Positions 13,328 to 27,429 are shown, numbered from the stretch's first letter. The stretch: 64,000 nt of DNA from Geosiphon pyriformis uo1 (GCA_016748015.1 JAAOMT010000183.1:242052-306051), one strand, 5' to 3'. Notes: a model not told the origin generated them from the letters alone. Numbers and translations are program-made.

Positions 13328-13871
13328 ATGATGACAATATTGTTTAAATATGGGTTTATAATTTTAATAATTACTTTTACAAAGATAATAATTGCTGTGA
13401 ATTCCCAAGGAGGCTATTTGAATTTACGAGAGGGGTAAGAAAGGTTTTAAAAAAGTTCTTATTTTAATTCCTTTTAAAAATATAGCTTGACTCTTTATTA
13501 CGTTCAGCGGATCACCAACATCAGCACAAGCATCGAATTCTGGCTTTTTCCCTACGACCGCTCTATTAGAAAACATTGAACCATACATAAATCATCAAGT
13601 GTCTAAGCGTGACACATCAGTAATACCTTTACAATCCAGCAACTCAATAAATTCAGTTCCAAAAATTATTTCTTCTCTGATAATACCAGTTTCTACTTCT
13701 ACGGCGACTTTATTACCTGTGAATTCTACAGCAATAATAAGGTAAACTTAAACATTATTTGACACATTTTTCTCAGCTCATCAAGTGAAAAACTTTTTAT
13801 ACATAAAAAAAAAGCATAACTGGATCATTAAATTCGACGTTAACCTCTACCCCAACAACAACGAAAGCAGC

Positions 13872-13902
<31 letters not shown>

Positions 13903-14112
13903 TCATCATCATCATCATCAAAATCAACGACATCAATTCCAACCAAAAATTCACCTAATATAATTACTCAAACGACTGTTGTTATTGGGGTGATAAAAAC
14001 AATGGATCCTAGGGCACAAAGATCAACTAATGACTCAAAGAAAATTAATTTTTGTTTATTATTTTCGACATCTTTTACATTTTTTGTTGTGATTTCAATT
14101 TTTTGGTTTTAA
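13328..14112 (+). CDS. Secreted, probably GPI-anchored Ser/Thr-rich (mucin-like) surface protein; 3 exons, missed by the ORF track
   Basis: Signal peptide MMTILFKYGFIILIITFTKIIIA. Introns at about 13435-13507 and 13742-13814. Contains a VSKR-DT dibasic site, poly-T/poly-S tracts and a hydrophobic C-terminus NDSKKINFCLLFSTSFTFFVVISIFWF*. Confidence 0.75.
13854..13920 (+). repeat. Compound (ACA)n(TCA)n microsatellite encoding poly-Thr/poly-Ser
   Basis: Directly visible in the sequence; in frame in exon 3 of the gene at 13328-14112. Confidence 0.9.
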
Positions 14113-14549
14113 AACAAAATTTTAAAAATAATATTTATAATTATGGAGTTTATTTGAAAGATGAGGCGTTCAAGATTTGTTTTAATTCCAGCAAAACTGT
14201 TTATTTTTTTATTCAGGTAGAGTATTTTTAGGAAATATTGTGAAAATTTTTCAGAGGTATCTAAAAAAGAATAAATGCAAGAAATTTTTTTATATTTTTA
14301 GAGCATAGACACATTATCCATGTATACAATAAAATTATTAGAGGGTTGCCTCTCAAAATTATAAACTGCAGAAATTGAAAAATGAGATAAACAAAAAATT
14401 GTAGTTCAAATCACTAATTACATTAAAGGCAAAAAATGCATTTGGGAGAAGAATAGCAAAACAAATTCTTAAAAAGATTGATTTATAACTATAAAGAAAA
14501 AAGAATTGTTTTGACAAAAAAGCAAAATGATTTTATTAATTTAAAATTT

Positions 14550-15085
14550 AATATCGATAATCAGCTTGAAACGCTGTGACATTGAATTTATTAAATTGAT
14601 TGGTATAGTTTTCGGCAAAGAGTTCCCCATTCTTCACCTTATAGATCATTTCAAATCATCCATATTTTGCGAAATTCGTTTTCTACTTCACGTTTAACAA
14701 TTCACAGATTTTTAATAGCATTTAGTTCCTGATAACACAACCGTCAGTTAACAATTTGAAGTTCATTTTCCGCATAAAACGCCTTGTTCACTTGACTTAT
14801 ATGTTTGGGATCATTATCTTGTTGAAAGCATCACTTCTTCTTCCATTAACTTCCCAACATACTGTTGCGAAATTTCAACATAAAACTTAGCATTCATGAT
14901 AGGCCGAAAAAAAAATAAACTAGTGCTTTTCCTTCGTACAAAAGCCGTACTACGCAAAAAATCTTCAATGATATTTTGTACCTTGTATTAATGTTCAATA
15001 GTTTTTGGAAATAATTGAAATGACTCTGCCGATATTTAGCTTAGTAGCAATTTTTCGCAGAGACAAAGAAGAGTTTTTAAGAACA
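14550..15085 (-). mobile_element. Tc1-like (DD34E) transposase relic
   Basis: Translation gives SLRKIATKLNIG (HTH-like), MNAKFYVEI, FQQDNDPKH..IVN*RLCYQELNAIKNL*IVKREVE and NLINSMSQRF. There are 34 residues between the second D and the mutated E position. Stops and frameshifts are present. Confidence 0.8.
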
Positions 15086-17011
15086 TATTAACTTACTTTT
15101 CTCGATACATGTTTCTTAGGTAGCTTAATGAGTTTACTTTATTTTGAGACGGAACGTTCACCATTATTCCACAAGTATAATAGCTTTGACTTGTTATTTT
15201 CCTTTTAACCAACAGATTCATTTTTAATGTGGAATTATCTAAAAAGCCGAAAATTAAATCAGTGGAAATAAAACCTATGACATGGAAAAATTTTATATTT
15301 AGTAACGTTTGCCTGTTAATTTTCAAGTTTTTTTTATTACGCATTGTAAATTCATTTTGTTCTCGCCAGATGGATTACTTTTTAAAAAAATTATTTTATT
15401 ATTTGATTTTATCAACAAGACATTTTAGTTAAGATTCAAATTCTCTGAAACCTATTTATGTAATGTGCTATATCAACATAGGGAGAACCATTTAGGGTAA
15501 CATGAACACAATCGTAACAGGGTAAAGAAAGAGGTAGGACTCGTTTGTTGTTACCTTTGTTCAGTGGAAGAGATTTCTTGAGTGGGTTAGGAATTGGCTA
15601 AAGTAATAATAATATCAAAGATTACGTGATTTGAGTTTGTTTCAAAAATCTATTTTTTCAATTTTTAAAGTTAAGTTAATCTTTGTAACCTTAACGAATC
15701 TCTCTTTTATGAAAAATCAAAAGTTTATTTCTATAGGATTTTTCTATTTTTCTATTTTGTAACTAACAAGTTTGATTCCAGGCTCTTCGATTGAATATTA
15801 TGGTAACTCATGAAATTAGAACTTTCTCATTGCCCAATGAAAATTTTTCTTTTTATCCTGCATGGAAAAACACAATATTGAAAAATTATTTAAGAAAACC
15901 AGATTTTCAAGATCAACAAGATCTTGGACTAAATAAGAGTTTTTGCACATTTACTTGAAAAGAAACAAAGGTTCATGATGGTGTAAATATTTTAAAGTTG
16001 AGCAAAGTGTGCATTTTACACAGAAAAATCATGCTTAATGAATTCTTTCCCAAAAATATTTTTTTGAACCTTGGCTAAATACGAATACGGATAAAATATA
16101 TAGTCTCAATTTTTGTAGTATTTTTAATACTATTAAATATTATATATTAGGTTAAAATTAACAAAATTAATATATCATTTTAAAAAATTAATAATTATAT
16201 TTATTATGAATTATATACCAGTTTTTTATTTTGTTGAATGTAATTGCAATTAATTTTACCAGATTTCTTCAGTAAGGTATTTTAATTCTAATTTTAAATT
16301 TAATCAATTGTTTTCATTTGAATCATCTAAAAATATTATTTGTTAATATAGTATAAAATTGACTGTCCCAAAAAAAAATTAGCAAAGCAAAAGATTAATA
16401 ATTTTTGCGGCTTTTCCCGTTGTTTTGCTCACAATTATCCGGAGTTTGGTAGCATCCTACCAAAAGTTTTAAAGCAAGTATCTCGTAGGCTTACCTAAAC
16501 CTGTTTCTCTATTTGCTTCCAATGCTTGACTAGTTAAAGGAGCAATGATAATTTACCCGTCATTATTGATTTGCCACTTTTGTTAACTAGTACATGCAAC
16601 TAGGATTTTATACTTAAAATTCTTTTTTCATTACCTTGTATAACTTCCTTTTTTTTCTTCTCCTTAACTTACGCCAGAATTTGAAGCCTAACATTATTGT
16701 TCCTACTAATTTGGGTAAATAAAATATTTTTTGGTAATACAATTTTCTGGTTTATAAATAACATGGTCGTTTGCTAAAAAATTTCAAAAGTTTTTTAAGC
16801 CTTTAAAGTTCGCTTTCGGCAAGTGCTTAAACCAAGTTTCAAGAATAAGAATTAATCAATCATCCGGCAAAGTAGCAGTTATTCGGTATTCAACACATTC
16901 TAAACTAATAAACTCGGACTTGATAATACTAGGAAAATCTTTCTTTCGATTATTCGTGATTAATCCTTAAATTTCTCTTTTACTCACAGAATAGCAGACC
17001 AATCGTATGAT

Positions 17012-17642
17012 ATGGAAAAAATTCAACCCGATGAAATCACCACGAAAAGCCTTGATGAAGCCAGTAATCTTTCCCAGCTAGAAGAAGTGAATGATGAAGC
17101 AAAATCTTTGCAAAAAGAAAAGAAAATCGGTCCCTGCCGAACTGCCCGGTTATTTATTGGTGTTGCAATAGTTTCCCTAGGAACACTAACTTGGAGAGGA
17201 GTAAAGTGGTTAGTAAAACATGAAATACACGAAGAGGTACTAAGTACTGCCGGGGAATTCATATCAATAATCAAGGGGACAACCATAAGCAAGATATCTG
17301 TGATTATCCCCCAGAATTCAGGCAAGGGTGTCTTGATTCTATTAATCCATTTAAACATACCAGCACTTTTTCCATTTCCAAGTTTACTTTTGAACCTTTA
17401 TCTCATGTACCCTTTCAAACACAGACAACAGAAGAAACGGAAATGAACATGGTAAGCAACTAAAATTTTTTCAAGCATCCTAGTTTTGAGTGGGGTGTAA
17501 GAAATTTAAAATTTTTCAGCCTCCTTTAAAATCTTGTCTATTTTCCTTTTGCTGTCAAAATTTTTTTTTTTTTTGTTCATATGCATAAATTTAATTTCTT
17601 TTCTTTCTAGTCAACTTACATACCGCAAAACCAAGAGGATAG
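17012..17642 (+). CDS. Small hypothetical protein with one hydrophobic segment; 3' exon structure uncertain
   Basis: ATG ORF with an acidic N-terminus and LFIGVAIVSLGTLTW. Downstream GTAAGC donor (about 17452) and ..TTCTAG acceptor (about 17610) suggest further short exons. Confidence 0.45.
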
Positions 17643-17939
17643 CTTGCACCAATAAGATAAATTAATATGGCTTAACTTCATAGCCTGCACCCTTTCTTTT
17701 TCGAATAATAAATTCAGTTTTAAAAAGAAATAATTTACTAGCCTAAGTTACTTATATATTCAGAGTAAAGTTTTCATGGCAAAATGAAATTTCCTTCTCC
17801 GCCAAAAATAATCGGAATTCTTGACCAAGTTATTCCGTTCCCATAATTACTTCTCTTTTTAAAGTGGATAATAATTTCACGTGCTCTTCGTCAAAAGAGT
17901 ATAAAAAATAACTTTGGTATCTAGAGATTAATAACTGTT

Positions 17940-19560
17940 AGAGTATATATAATTCTCAATATTAAATTATCTTAATAATTAAATAATAATAAAATTATAA
18001 TAACATTTTTATTTTAAATATAATTATAATTAATTTTATTATTATTTTTATGATATTAATATAAAAATATTTAAATATTCTTTATATCTATTATTTGTGC
18101 ATTTTTTATTTACAATAATATTATTACAAATTAATTAATTTTGTTTTGTATTTTAGTTATATTATTACTGAATAAATAATTTTAAAAGCATTAATATTTT
18201 GATTATTATTTTTTTAATGTTTAATTTTATAATTATATTTATTTAAATATAGTATCTAATAAACTATACATTTATTATTAAATCTGTTTTTGTTTTAAAG
18301 CCAAAACAAAGCTAAATAATTTTTAAAAACTCAAAATTTTATTAATACAAACTATAATGTGCTTAAGATATTAAATAAGCTTTTTTATTAAGTTTTCAAA
18401 TTTTTAATAATAAAAAGGCAAAACATATAAAATTATAATTTATAAATATTTATTCTTTGCTTAAACTTTTAAATATTTTTAATTTTTAAAAATTGAAAAA
18501 AAATTAAGTACATCACTATTTGAAAATAATTTTTGTTAAAAAATGAATAAACCAGTTATTAATTTAATAACATTATGATAAATTTTAAAGTTTGTATTTT
18601 AAAATAAAAACAGTTTTTTTGTTAATTTTTAAAATTTATATTTATCTGCCAAAATTTTGGGTCTTAAGTTAATAATTAAAAAAAGTTGCATAATTAAATT
18701 GATTAATATTTTATTAATTTAAAAAAGTACATATATGTTACATTCAGTAATATAATTTAATTAAAAATTATTAATAGGAAATCACTTTTTTTTAAATAAT
18801 ACTATAATTGAAAATGTTTATTTAATAAATATATTTTTATATTATATTATTTTAAATAAATAAATTAAAAATTCTTTATTTAAATTATATTAAATATTTT
18901 TGTTAAAATTTTATTTACAGATGTTTAGATTAAAAAAATTATATATGAAAATAAAATAGCTAATTATATAATATCAGTATTTAATACATAATTAAGATAT
19001 TTAAAAATAAATATTATTAATAAAATGACAAGAAAGTTTTAATTATAACAATATTAAAGCTTTTAAAAATATAATAATACAAAATTCAACAATAATAAGA
19101 CAAGTTAATAATAATAAAAACATTTTAACAAAAACAATAATAATTTTTTTAAGTAAAACAATAATATTAAAAAATTAAACAAAAACTTTTAAAAATTTCT
19201 ATAGCAAATATTTATACTAAATTAGATATAATTGTAATTGGCTCAAATGACTAATTTTATGTAAAAAACACATTTGTTATACCTATTATAAATATATAAA
19301 TATATTGTATATAAATAAATAATGGTTAAATTATACTTAATATAACATAAAAAAATGTTTTTAATTTAAACCAGTTATTAAAAATTAAAACAGATAATTA
19401 AAATTTAAAACCATAAATATAAACAGTATTTTTAAAAAGTAATCCTTTTACACATTGAACTTGTTAAAATTGCAGCTAAAAAATTTGAACTAATTGCTAA
19501 AATTACACTATCTTGTAGCATTATTCTGTTGAAGAGTTAATTTTTGTTATCTATATTTTT
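17940..19560. repeat. Extremely AT-rich island, likely a decayed repeat or transposon
   Basis: About 1.6 kb almost devoid of G/C and of CpG, with no ORF of 60 aa or more. Similar islands occur at about 11550-12250, 48150-49000 and 53350-54450. Confidence 0.5.
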
Positions 19561-20181
19561 AACTAATCTGACGAGTTCAAAATAATAAAGGTATTAATTT
19601 CTTTTGACTCATTTGAAATTTACAAATATTACTAATAAAATGTGCGCCATCATACAAAAAAGAAATATACTTTCTAATTTCATTAGGAAAGATGTCATCG
19701 GCAAATTTAAGACTAACGCTATACAATTTTTAGTAGAGCATCACAATTCGCATCTTAAGTTGCTTTTGGAGACTATGAAAAATGGTTATTTTTTCAATGT
19801 GTGATATAAATGTATTCAAATCTTTTGAGGATACTTATTATTAATAACATTGAATAATTTGTCTATTTTAATGAGGCTATTAATGTAACTCTATGCTCAA
19901 AGGTGTGTTCAAATTAAGTTTTCCGGAATCTTGTTGTTACATGAAAAATATTTAAAATGAGGGCAAAGTTTTTTGAAAGGAGATGAAAAAATTGAAAACT
20001 AAAATATATATCTTTTTGGTGCTTAAATTGTTAAATTCAATAAATTTTGGGTCGAAAGAAAAAAGTATTTGTGTTTCACAAATGGATTGATAAACGATCA
20101 AAAATGAGATGAGAGTTTTTGGTTTTAAATGTCTTAATAAGGCTTTCCAACCCTTCTTAACTTTCAAACTTGACTTTTGAG

Positions 20182-21492
20182 TTACTTATGATTTATTCGA
20201 TCAGCCCACCAACGTAATTCATCAGGGCAGCCACATCCAACGACATTAACTCGTCTTAATTTAGGAAATTTGGCAGAGACCAACGGTGCAACAATATAAT
20301 CTTCCAGGCCGGCAGGAAATCGAAATTCCAATGTTTCCAAACTCTGAAGTTGTGTTAGCGGGGCGAGCGTATTCATACAAGTGAAGTTTACTGATTCAAA
20401 TGATAAATGTCTTAATGTTTTTGGGAGACCCATGCATAATTCTTTTACGTTAAGAATCAATGAGCTTGAGGTGGTTTTCAAGCGAAATGAGGTCAACTTC
20501 TGCAAGGTGCGAACAAAATTCGAGAGCCTTTGCATTTCTGCTTGGCCTTCTCTGTTCCAGTCAGATCGTTCGAACTGTAAATCTACACTCAAGTTTTCCT
20601 AAAATAAACAAATACTGTCAGCTCAAAGCCTACTCATGCATGTGATTTGATTTTAGTTGGAGATTTCACTTACCAGGTTTGTGCATCCTTGACACAGAAC
20701 TGGATATTTGTCATATTCTAATGGGTGCGAAACGATCTTCAATTCTTGAAAGCTCGAAAGCCAGTTTACTATTTCTATCGGACCGAGTAATAAAAAATCA
20801 TCCGGTGAATCCAAAACAATCCGTGAAGCAGCCGGTGCTAATCTCGACATCATTTTCACAAGAGCTCGTTTAATAGCCGAACGGTATGTAATGTCTCCGA
20901 TTTCATTTTGTTTAATGAACCGGGGATAGGGATATTCTTTCTCCAATGCAGCGACAATTTCAACCTTTGGGTATAAATCAATTGATATTTCCGAATTATG
21001 GGGAATTATTCCTTTTCCCTTTTTTATCCGGAAACTTTCTTTTTGCCCCATGCTCGATAAAATTCCAATCGATTCCCATTTTTCATGACCTTCTTCTGCA
21101 ACAGCCTTGACTCTACTCAACCACGCACCAACCGATTGTCCCAAATTCCAATAGTCGACGGATTTAAGAAATGCCGGGTATTCAAAGGTTGGTTTTTGTA
21201 TTGCCGGTACAAATACGCCAGCTTTCAAAAGTTCTTCTCTTTCAGCAACATTGAGAAATGCAAGGTATATACTTATTATGGTGTCGTTATTTTTTATTTG
21301 AAAAGGGTCACGCCATAAAAGAGAAACCACGTTCCAGCACCAGTGACGATCGACTAATAAGCAATGATACAAGTCCGCCAGTGCGAAATCCGAGAATATA
21401 GCTTGCCATGTTTCTGGTGGAAGCCGTATTGGTTTTTTTTGAACTTGTTCCCCTATCCTATTATATTTTCCAATTTTCGCTGAAACGTTCAT
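20182..21492 (-). CDS. F-box/LRR (RNI-like) protein; 2 exons
   Basis: RLPPETWQAIFSDF..LYHCLLVDRHWCWNVVSLLWRDPF, PTFEYPAFLKSVD and LRR-like LPKTLRHLSF / LQSLETLEF / FPKLRRVNV. Intron 20599-20673. Confidence 0.88.
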
Positions 21493-22746
21493 CGATTAAT
21501 GCCTTTCAACGGTTGTAGTAGTCAAAAAAATGAAGTTTAGAAAGCCTGATATGATAATTGTGGGAAAATGTGTTGTGTGAAAAAAACGACAAATCATCGA
21601 CCAGATCGTTGATATGCATTGGGCATTTATTTTTACCACATTGCTACTTTGGTGACACCCCATAGTTGTTGGATCATTGATTAAGCGGGATGTCAATGTT
21701 TTGGACTGTTTTCCATTTTCCGGGCGAGTGTTCATGAGGCGCAGTAAGATTTACATTTGTACGAAAGGTACAACTGCACAAAAATTTTCAACAGTTACCA
21801 TTTTGATGAATTAGAACGGTCAAATAGATAAGTAAAAGAAAACAAGTTTAATTTAAAATTCACATTCTAGACTCTATTTTTGTAATTTTATCTCTATGTC
21901 TAAAATTCTTTTAGAATGATGTATCACAACGGCGCTCTTTCGAAAATCTAGAGGAAAAGGTAAGAAGAAATCATTTTAATTGATTCGAAAGGCAAAAGAG
22001 TCTATTATCTCGAGAAATTGTAAACATAGAGTATCAATCGTTAAATTTCGACACAAATTCTAGGCAAATTATTCGTCCTGCAAACAAAATAAAGAATTTA
22101 GACGAAATATAGAATTTGAATGTTGAAAGAAATATTTGTCCTGCAGTTCACAAAGCGTTTGAATTTCTTAAGAGTATGCCGTGTGAAACATCCTGCACAA
22201 ATTGTAAATTCATGCATCGTATTAATTCAATCGCTATGCAAAACAAAAAGTAAATTTAAGGATCAAAAACATTAAACAGAATCGTTGAACCATCTGTCAC
22301 TTGCGAAGAAAGTGCTAATTTTGACATCTCTCCTCTTAATTATAATATTTGAAGATTTGGGTTCCAGACATAATTAGCTTGAACCCAATCTGCAAGGAAA
22401 ATCCTCAAAATGGTAGAAATTATTAGTGGTTTAAAGCATCAACTTAATATACACAGCGTATTTTGATGTTAATAAAATGTTCGTCTGTTTAGAATTCAAA
22501 TACTGCATTAATCCTAAGTTACTTGAAAATTGTCTATAGCAATTTATCTTGAACAAGCCTTTGGATCAGATTTTGCAAGTAAGACCTCGGAGATTCAAAC
22601 TAATGTGGACACTATTAACGGCATTTCTGCCAACCAATCCTTCATTAATGACGACATGAAAGCCAAAGGTTTATTTCGGGTGGATCCGACCTAAAATCGC
22701 AGATTTCAATTAACTGTTGATCCTCAATAAACCGAAATAAGAAGAT

Positions 22747-23879
22747 TCATACTCTACATTCTCCGTTTATTTTTGCAACCCAATCTTCAATCTCTACAAC
22801 AGGTCTTTCAGGTCTGTTAATACAATATAAGACTTTACGTAGAGAGGGAAGTGACGCTGATAAAAGTGGCAAGAATACTTCAAGGCTCATGTTAATTGTA
22901 TACTGAAAATTCATAATCTCTAGTCCTTTTAATGTAGCCAGAACATCTAGATTTTTGGTCCCCCTGAATTTTGTTCTCCGGAGGTCTAGATGCCGAATTG
23001 TAATCGGTAAAACTTCTAAAATCGGATAAATATCCTCATAACTTAAATTTCTTCCATGGTAAAGCGAGAGAGTTGAGAGTTGTTTTTGAACTCTTAAAAA
23101 TTGAATAATTGATTCGAGATGCGCAAGAAACTCAAAAGTTTTAAGATCAAGTTGGATATGAATTTCTTTCTAAAAAAAAATGTGAATAAGTATTCTGGAA
23201 ATAAAGTACAAAAAATTCAAATAGAAATCTTTCTGACCAGATTTTGACAGGTTTTTGCAAAAATTGGCAAAAGTTTTAAGGTTGATTGAGAGATAACGAT
23301 ATCAATTTTTTTTATTTTTACAATCCAAGCGAGGTAATTAGGTGGTGCAATTTCCAAATACGGCTCCGATATTTTTATATCAAGTCGAACTAGAGGCGGT
23401 GAAAGACGTGTAAGCATATTAGTCAAAGCCTTTTGTGTCATCAAATATGGACAATTTCCAGCAGACTGTTCTATCCTGGCTAATGAATCCAAGCCACTAG
23501 ATATTCGACAGAATTTTACTAAATTGACCCACATTACGATCCAATTTTCTAAAATGATAGGGGAAAAATCTCGAATAAACGAAGGGTAAACAAAAGTAGG
23601 TAGTGGCAAAGAATCATGTAAAATGACCAGGCCAGCAGATTTTAACTGTGCTAATTCAGCTTTGTTCAAAAATTGAATACAAATAGTAATTACTTTGCTG
23701 AAAAAGATTGGTTGTTCAAAAGGATTTTCCCAAATTAAAGGAACGGCTATCTTGCAAAAAAGTCTATTTACAAATAGGCAGCGAAACAAATCACCCCTTC
23801 TTGCTTTTCTCAGTATTTTCTCGATGATTTCAAAAGGAAGTTGTATTTTCTCTGTGTATCTTACTAGAGCGGATTTCAT
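22747..23879 (-). CDS. F-box/LRR protein, tandem paralogue of 20182-21492; 2 exons
   Basis: QLPFEIIEKIL..LFRCLFVNRLFCKIAVPLIWENPF and PTFVYPSFIRDF. The intron follows CQNL (same position as CTNL in the paralogue). Exon 2 reads LPITIRHLDL, LKGLEIMNF, LPSLRKV, WVAKING. Confidence 0.85.
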
Positions 23880-24357
23880 TTTCACGGTTGGGAGAATGAG
23901 TGCGGTGAAAAAATGAGCTGAGCGACTCGCAATTGTTACCCTATCTATAATCAAATCATTGAGTAGTACAAAAAACTCCTATTGATTCATCGTGACCTTC
24001 TTAGCATAATTTATTGAAAGTGAAAATCTTTAACTTTTTTGGACATCCAATGTTGAATATTCATTTCATTCTTTATTGGAAGAATGTGTAATGAGCTTTT
24101 TTGAAAAGCAATTTCTTGATAAAGTATTCAAATATTTAGGCTCTTTTTACAACCTTCATGTTTTCAACATCAAAAAGTCGTCTACTGAAACCATGAGTCC
24201 GATATTATAGAAAGTCAAATATTAAAGTATGATACAGTTAAATTGAATTTACCAATTTTGTTTGACTGGTAAAATTTTTTAAAACAAATAAATATTTAAA
24301 CTGAAACATGATTAAAATATATATTTAAAACGAAAATTTCAATCTTTTAGGTTTTTT

Positions 24358-27300
24358 CTATAGTGGAATATTCATCCCAACATCGATTATATCTTCTGGA
24401 GGGATATGCCAATTACCGTGCTCCTCTCTTGAGTTTTTCAACAGGGTCACATAAAAATTCAAGAGCTTCGTTCTCAGCCAACTTCCAGTATTCGGGAGAA
24501 TCTGCTGCCGGCCTACGACATATGTAACGACCTGTTTTTCGGGATTAAACTCCGGTTTCAAAGAGTCTTGTTCAGGATCAATCTTATATATAGCCTCGAT
24601 TAATTTTACCATAAACTCTTTCGATTGAAATACTTGTTCCATATATCCATAGCGTGCAATTACTCGATATGTGCCTTCGTATTGACCCACTTTACGCACT
24701 ACCAATCGATCTTCTTCGCCGACATATGGAACAGCTACAGGACGGATAGAAATAAAAACCAAGGTTTCGGGAACCGCAGGTAAATGTTGTATAAAGTGAC
24801 TAAAAGTGAGTGGTACACCAAGGCCCGAATCTTGATAAAACATCCCGATTCCGGGTAGACGCTGTACTTTGAAACCAGTATCAAGTAGTCGTAATTGACT
24901 TCGTAGACGTACTTGTTGTATTGTGATATTTGTTATACTATTTTGTGTGGTATCTTGAGCATGCGCAGTTGTCATTACTTGATGTTGACCTTTTTCCGTT
25001 TCAATTGATGAGTTAACTTTCTCAGAAAGGTTCAGTTGAGATGGTTCTTTCGTTAGTGAAGTGACGCTGTCGTTTGTGTGCGATTGGTCAAAATCATCCA
25101 TGAATAGGTTGCTAAGTCTTATTTTATTTTTTAATTCATATTCGATCCTAAGATTCGTACCCCATTTCCAGATTAACATAATGCTAGCAAGCAAGGATCC
25201 GAACATCAATGTAAACCAACCGCCATCTGGAATTTTGTTGAGAGTAGAACCTAGGAAACACGCATCGATGAAACCGAAGATAAGTAGAAAAGAGATCGAA
25301 TATATTCTATTTAAGTTCCAAACGACTCGTATTGTGATCTGTAAAGTATTAAAAAGATTTTGAGATAGGAAAATAGAAAATGTAGATATTGAAATAAAAA
25401 AAATTTGGAGAATTGCAAAGAACTTACCGATAGTAAAATTGTAGTTATCAACATGACCGAAGCAACAGCCACACCATAGGCATGTGTGAGGTTCGCAGAC
25501 GCTTTGAATGATATAACCATAATCACAACCAAAATCATCAAAATCCAGTTGACTAAAAAGATTTTCCGTCTTGATTAGCGAAATTTTAATAGGAATGCCA
25601 AAACTTGTTTTCAAATACTTACTTTCTGGAATGTAGATTTGCCCTCGATGGAACCTTGAGGTATGTATAATCTATAAAATTGAATTTAAGAAATTAGCTA
25701 TATTCCGACTCAAATTTTGAAAAATTCCAACTCTTACCTGGACTCGAGGGAAAAAATCAAGTTGCATTCCTTGATGTATAAGAGTAAATGTAGCCGAAAT
25801 CATAGCCTGAGAACCGATAATTGTGGCGCAGATAGCCAATAAAAAAATAAGCCAGTAAATGAAACCTCCTTGAGGAATTGTGCTCCAAAAAGCATTTGAA
25901 TAAAGTTCTGACTCTTCCAATAGTCTGGCAGCTTGACCCATGTATGCTAGAATCAATGGTGGGTAGACGAAACAAGAAAACGAGATTTGGATTGAACGAT
26001 GATTGAAATGGCCTAAATCGGCGTATAAAGCTTCTACTCCCGTGACTGCAAGTAAAACACCGCCAAGATCATAAAAACTGTGTGGTCCGTTACGAGTAAA
26101 GTAATTGAAAGCATAATATGGGTTATATGCTTTGAAGATTTCTGGATGGTCACTCAAGTTCCAGATTCCAACAATTGCAAGACTTAAAAGCCAAAAAGAG
26201 ATGAATGGGGCAAATAACGAGCTCACTTTGTCAGTTCCGAATCGTTGGCCAAAGAAAAGGAGCACGATGATGACGCTGGAAATCAGAAAAAATTTAACTT
26301 TAGCGATATGAGAACATAATTTATGATTGCATTCACCATGATAACGGGACAACAGCATGTTCCATGTGATTTATCGGAACTTTTAAACCCTCCACTGCAG
26401 ATAAAACTGAAATAGCTGGCGTCAGCAGGCCATCACTTAGCACCAACGAGGACGCTAAAGCGACTAAAATCAACAAAAGTTCTTGAACTCTTTTGTTCCT
26501 TGCGATAAGATTTGGCTTGTCTTTCGCACTGTGAATCGATACTGCATCGTAATTTACAATGTTTAGATCGTCTTTTCGTTGTTCACCACGAATAACCAAG
26601 CCTGAAAACCTATTTCAAAAATGATTGAATATATAAGAAGTGAGGACTTTTTGTTTAAGAGATTGAGATTATGTTTATGAATATACTTACCGGGCAATCA
26701 GTGAATAAAGAGCAAACGTTCCTCCTTCACCATTATCATCGGCCTTTAAGACAAAAAAGACATACTTCACTAATGGAATAATTGTCCTTTGAGATTTGAG
26801 AAAGTAAGAAAATTTTTAAAAGTTCAGGAAACGATGGAAGACTTTGAATATAAAGTGGTTCGAGCACATACAAGGACCATATTATGAGAGAAAGAACACC
26901 TGTTATTCGAATTGAAAAAGAGTTAAAAAAGCCTATGATTTAAAAAAATTGTTAAACAAAGGTCTATTATTCCAATTCCTTTACCGTAAACATCATCATT
27001 CTTGGGCGGCTCCGTGAAAATAGAGGAATACACGTAGAGAGGTGATGTACCAATATCCCCGTAGATGACTCCTGATAATTCATTGTCAATGCATTTTTAA
27101 AGGTTTAGAAATTTTAAATATTCCATTTTTAAATTCTTTATAAATTCTTTAGAACACTCACCCAAAGCCTTGAATGCTAACAATAAATTCCCGAAGTTTG
27201 TAAGCTGGAAGGCGAGAAAGGAGATAGGTGTGTAGGTTATTTCAATTAAGTTTTACAAAAGCTTTCGAAATCAAATTAATTTTAGGGTGTATAGAAAAAA

Positions 27301-27429
27301 TATCAAAGCACTTGCCTTCGTGTAGTGCGGCGGATGATTTTCTAGGTCACTATTGATTTCCATTGAAAGGGATACTACATCCTCTTTTTTCTCCAGCCCT
27401 AATATAGTGTTTAACTCAGTTTGAAGCAT
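24358..27429 (-). CDS. HAK1: HAK/KUP/KT family high-affinity potassium transporter, multi-exon
   Basis: Signatures [100 protein letters not shown]. Intron 1 (27205-27315) has a GC donor. Confidence 0.95.

Noticed and set aside
16487-16497. GGCTTACCTAA shared with 54542-54552 upstream of two genes
   Set aside because: One 11-mer match is expected by chance in 64 kb of low-complexity DNA.
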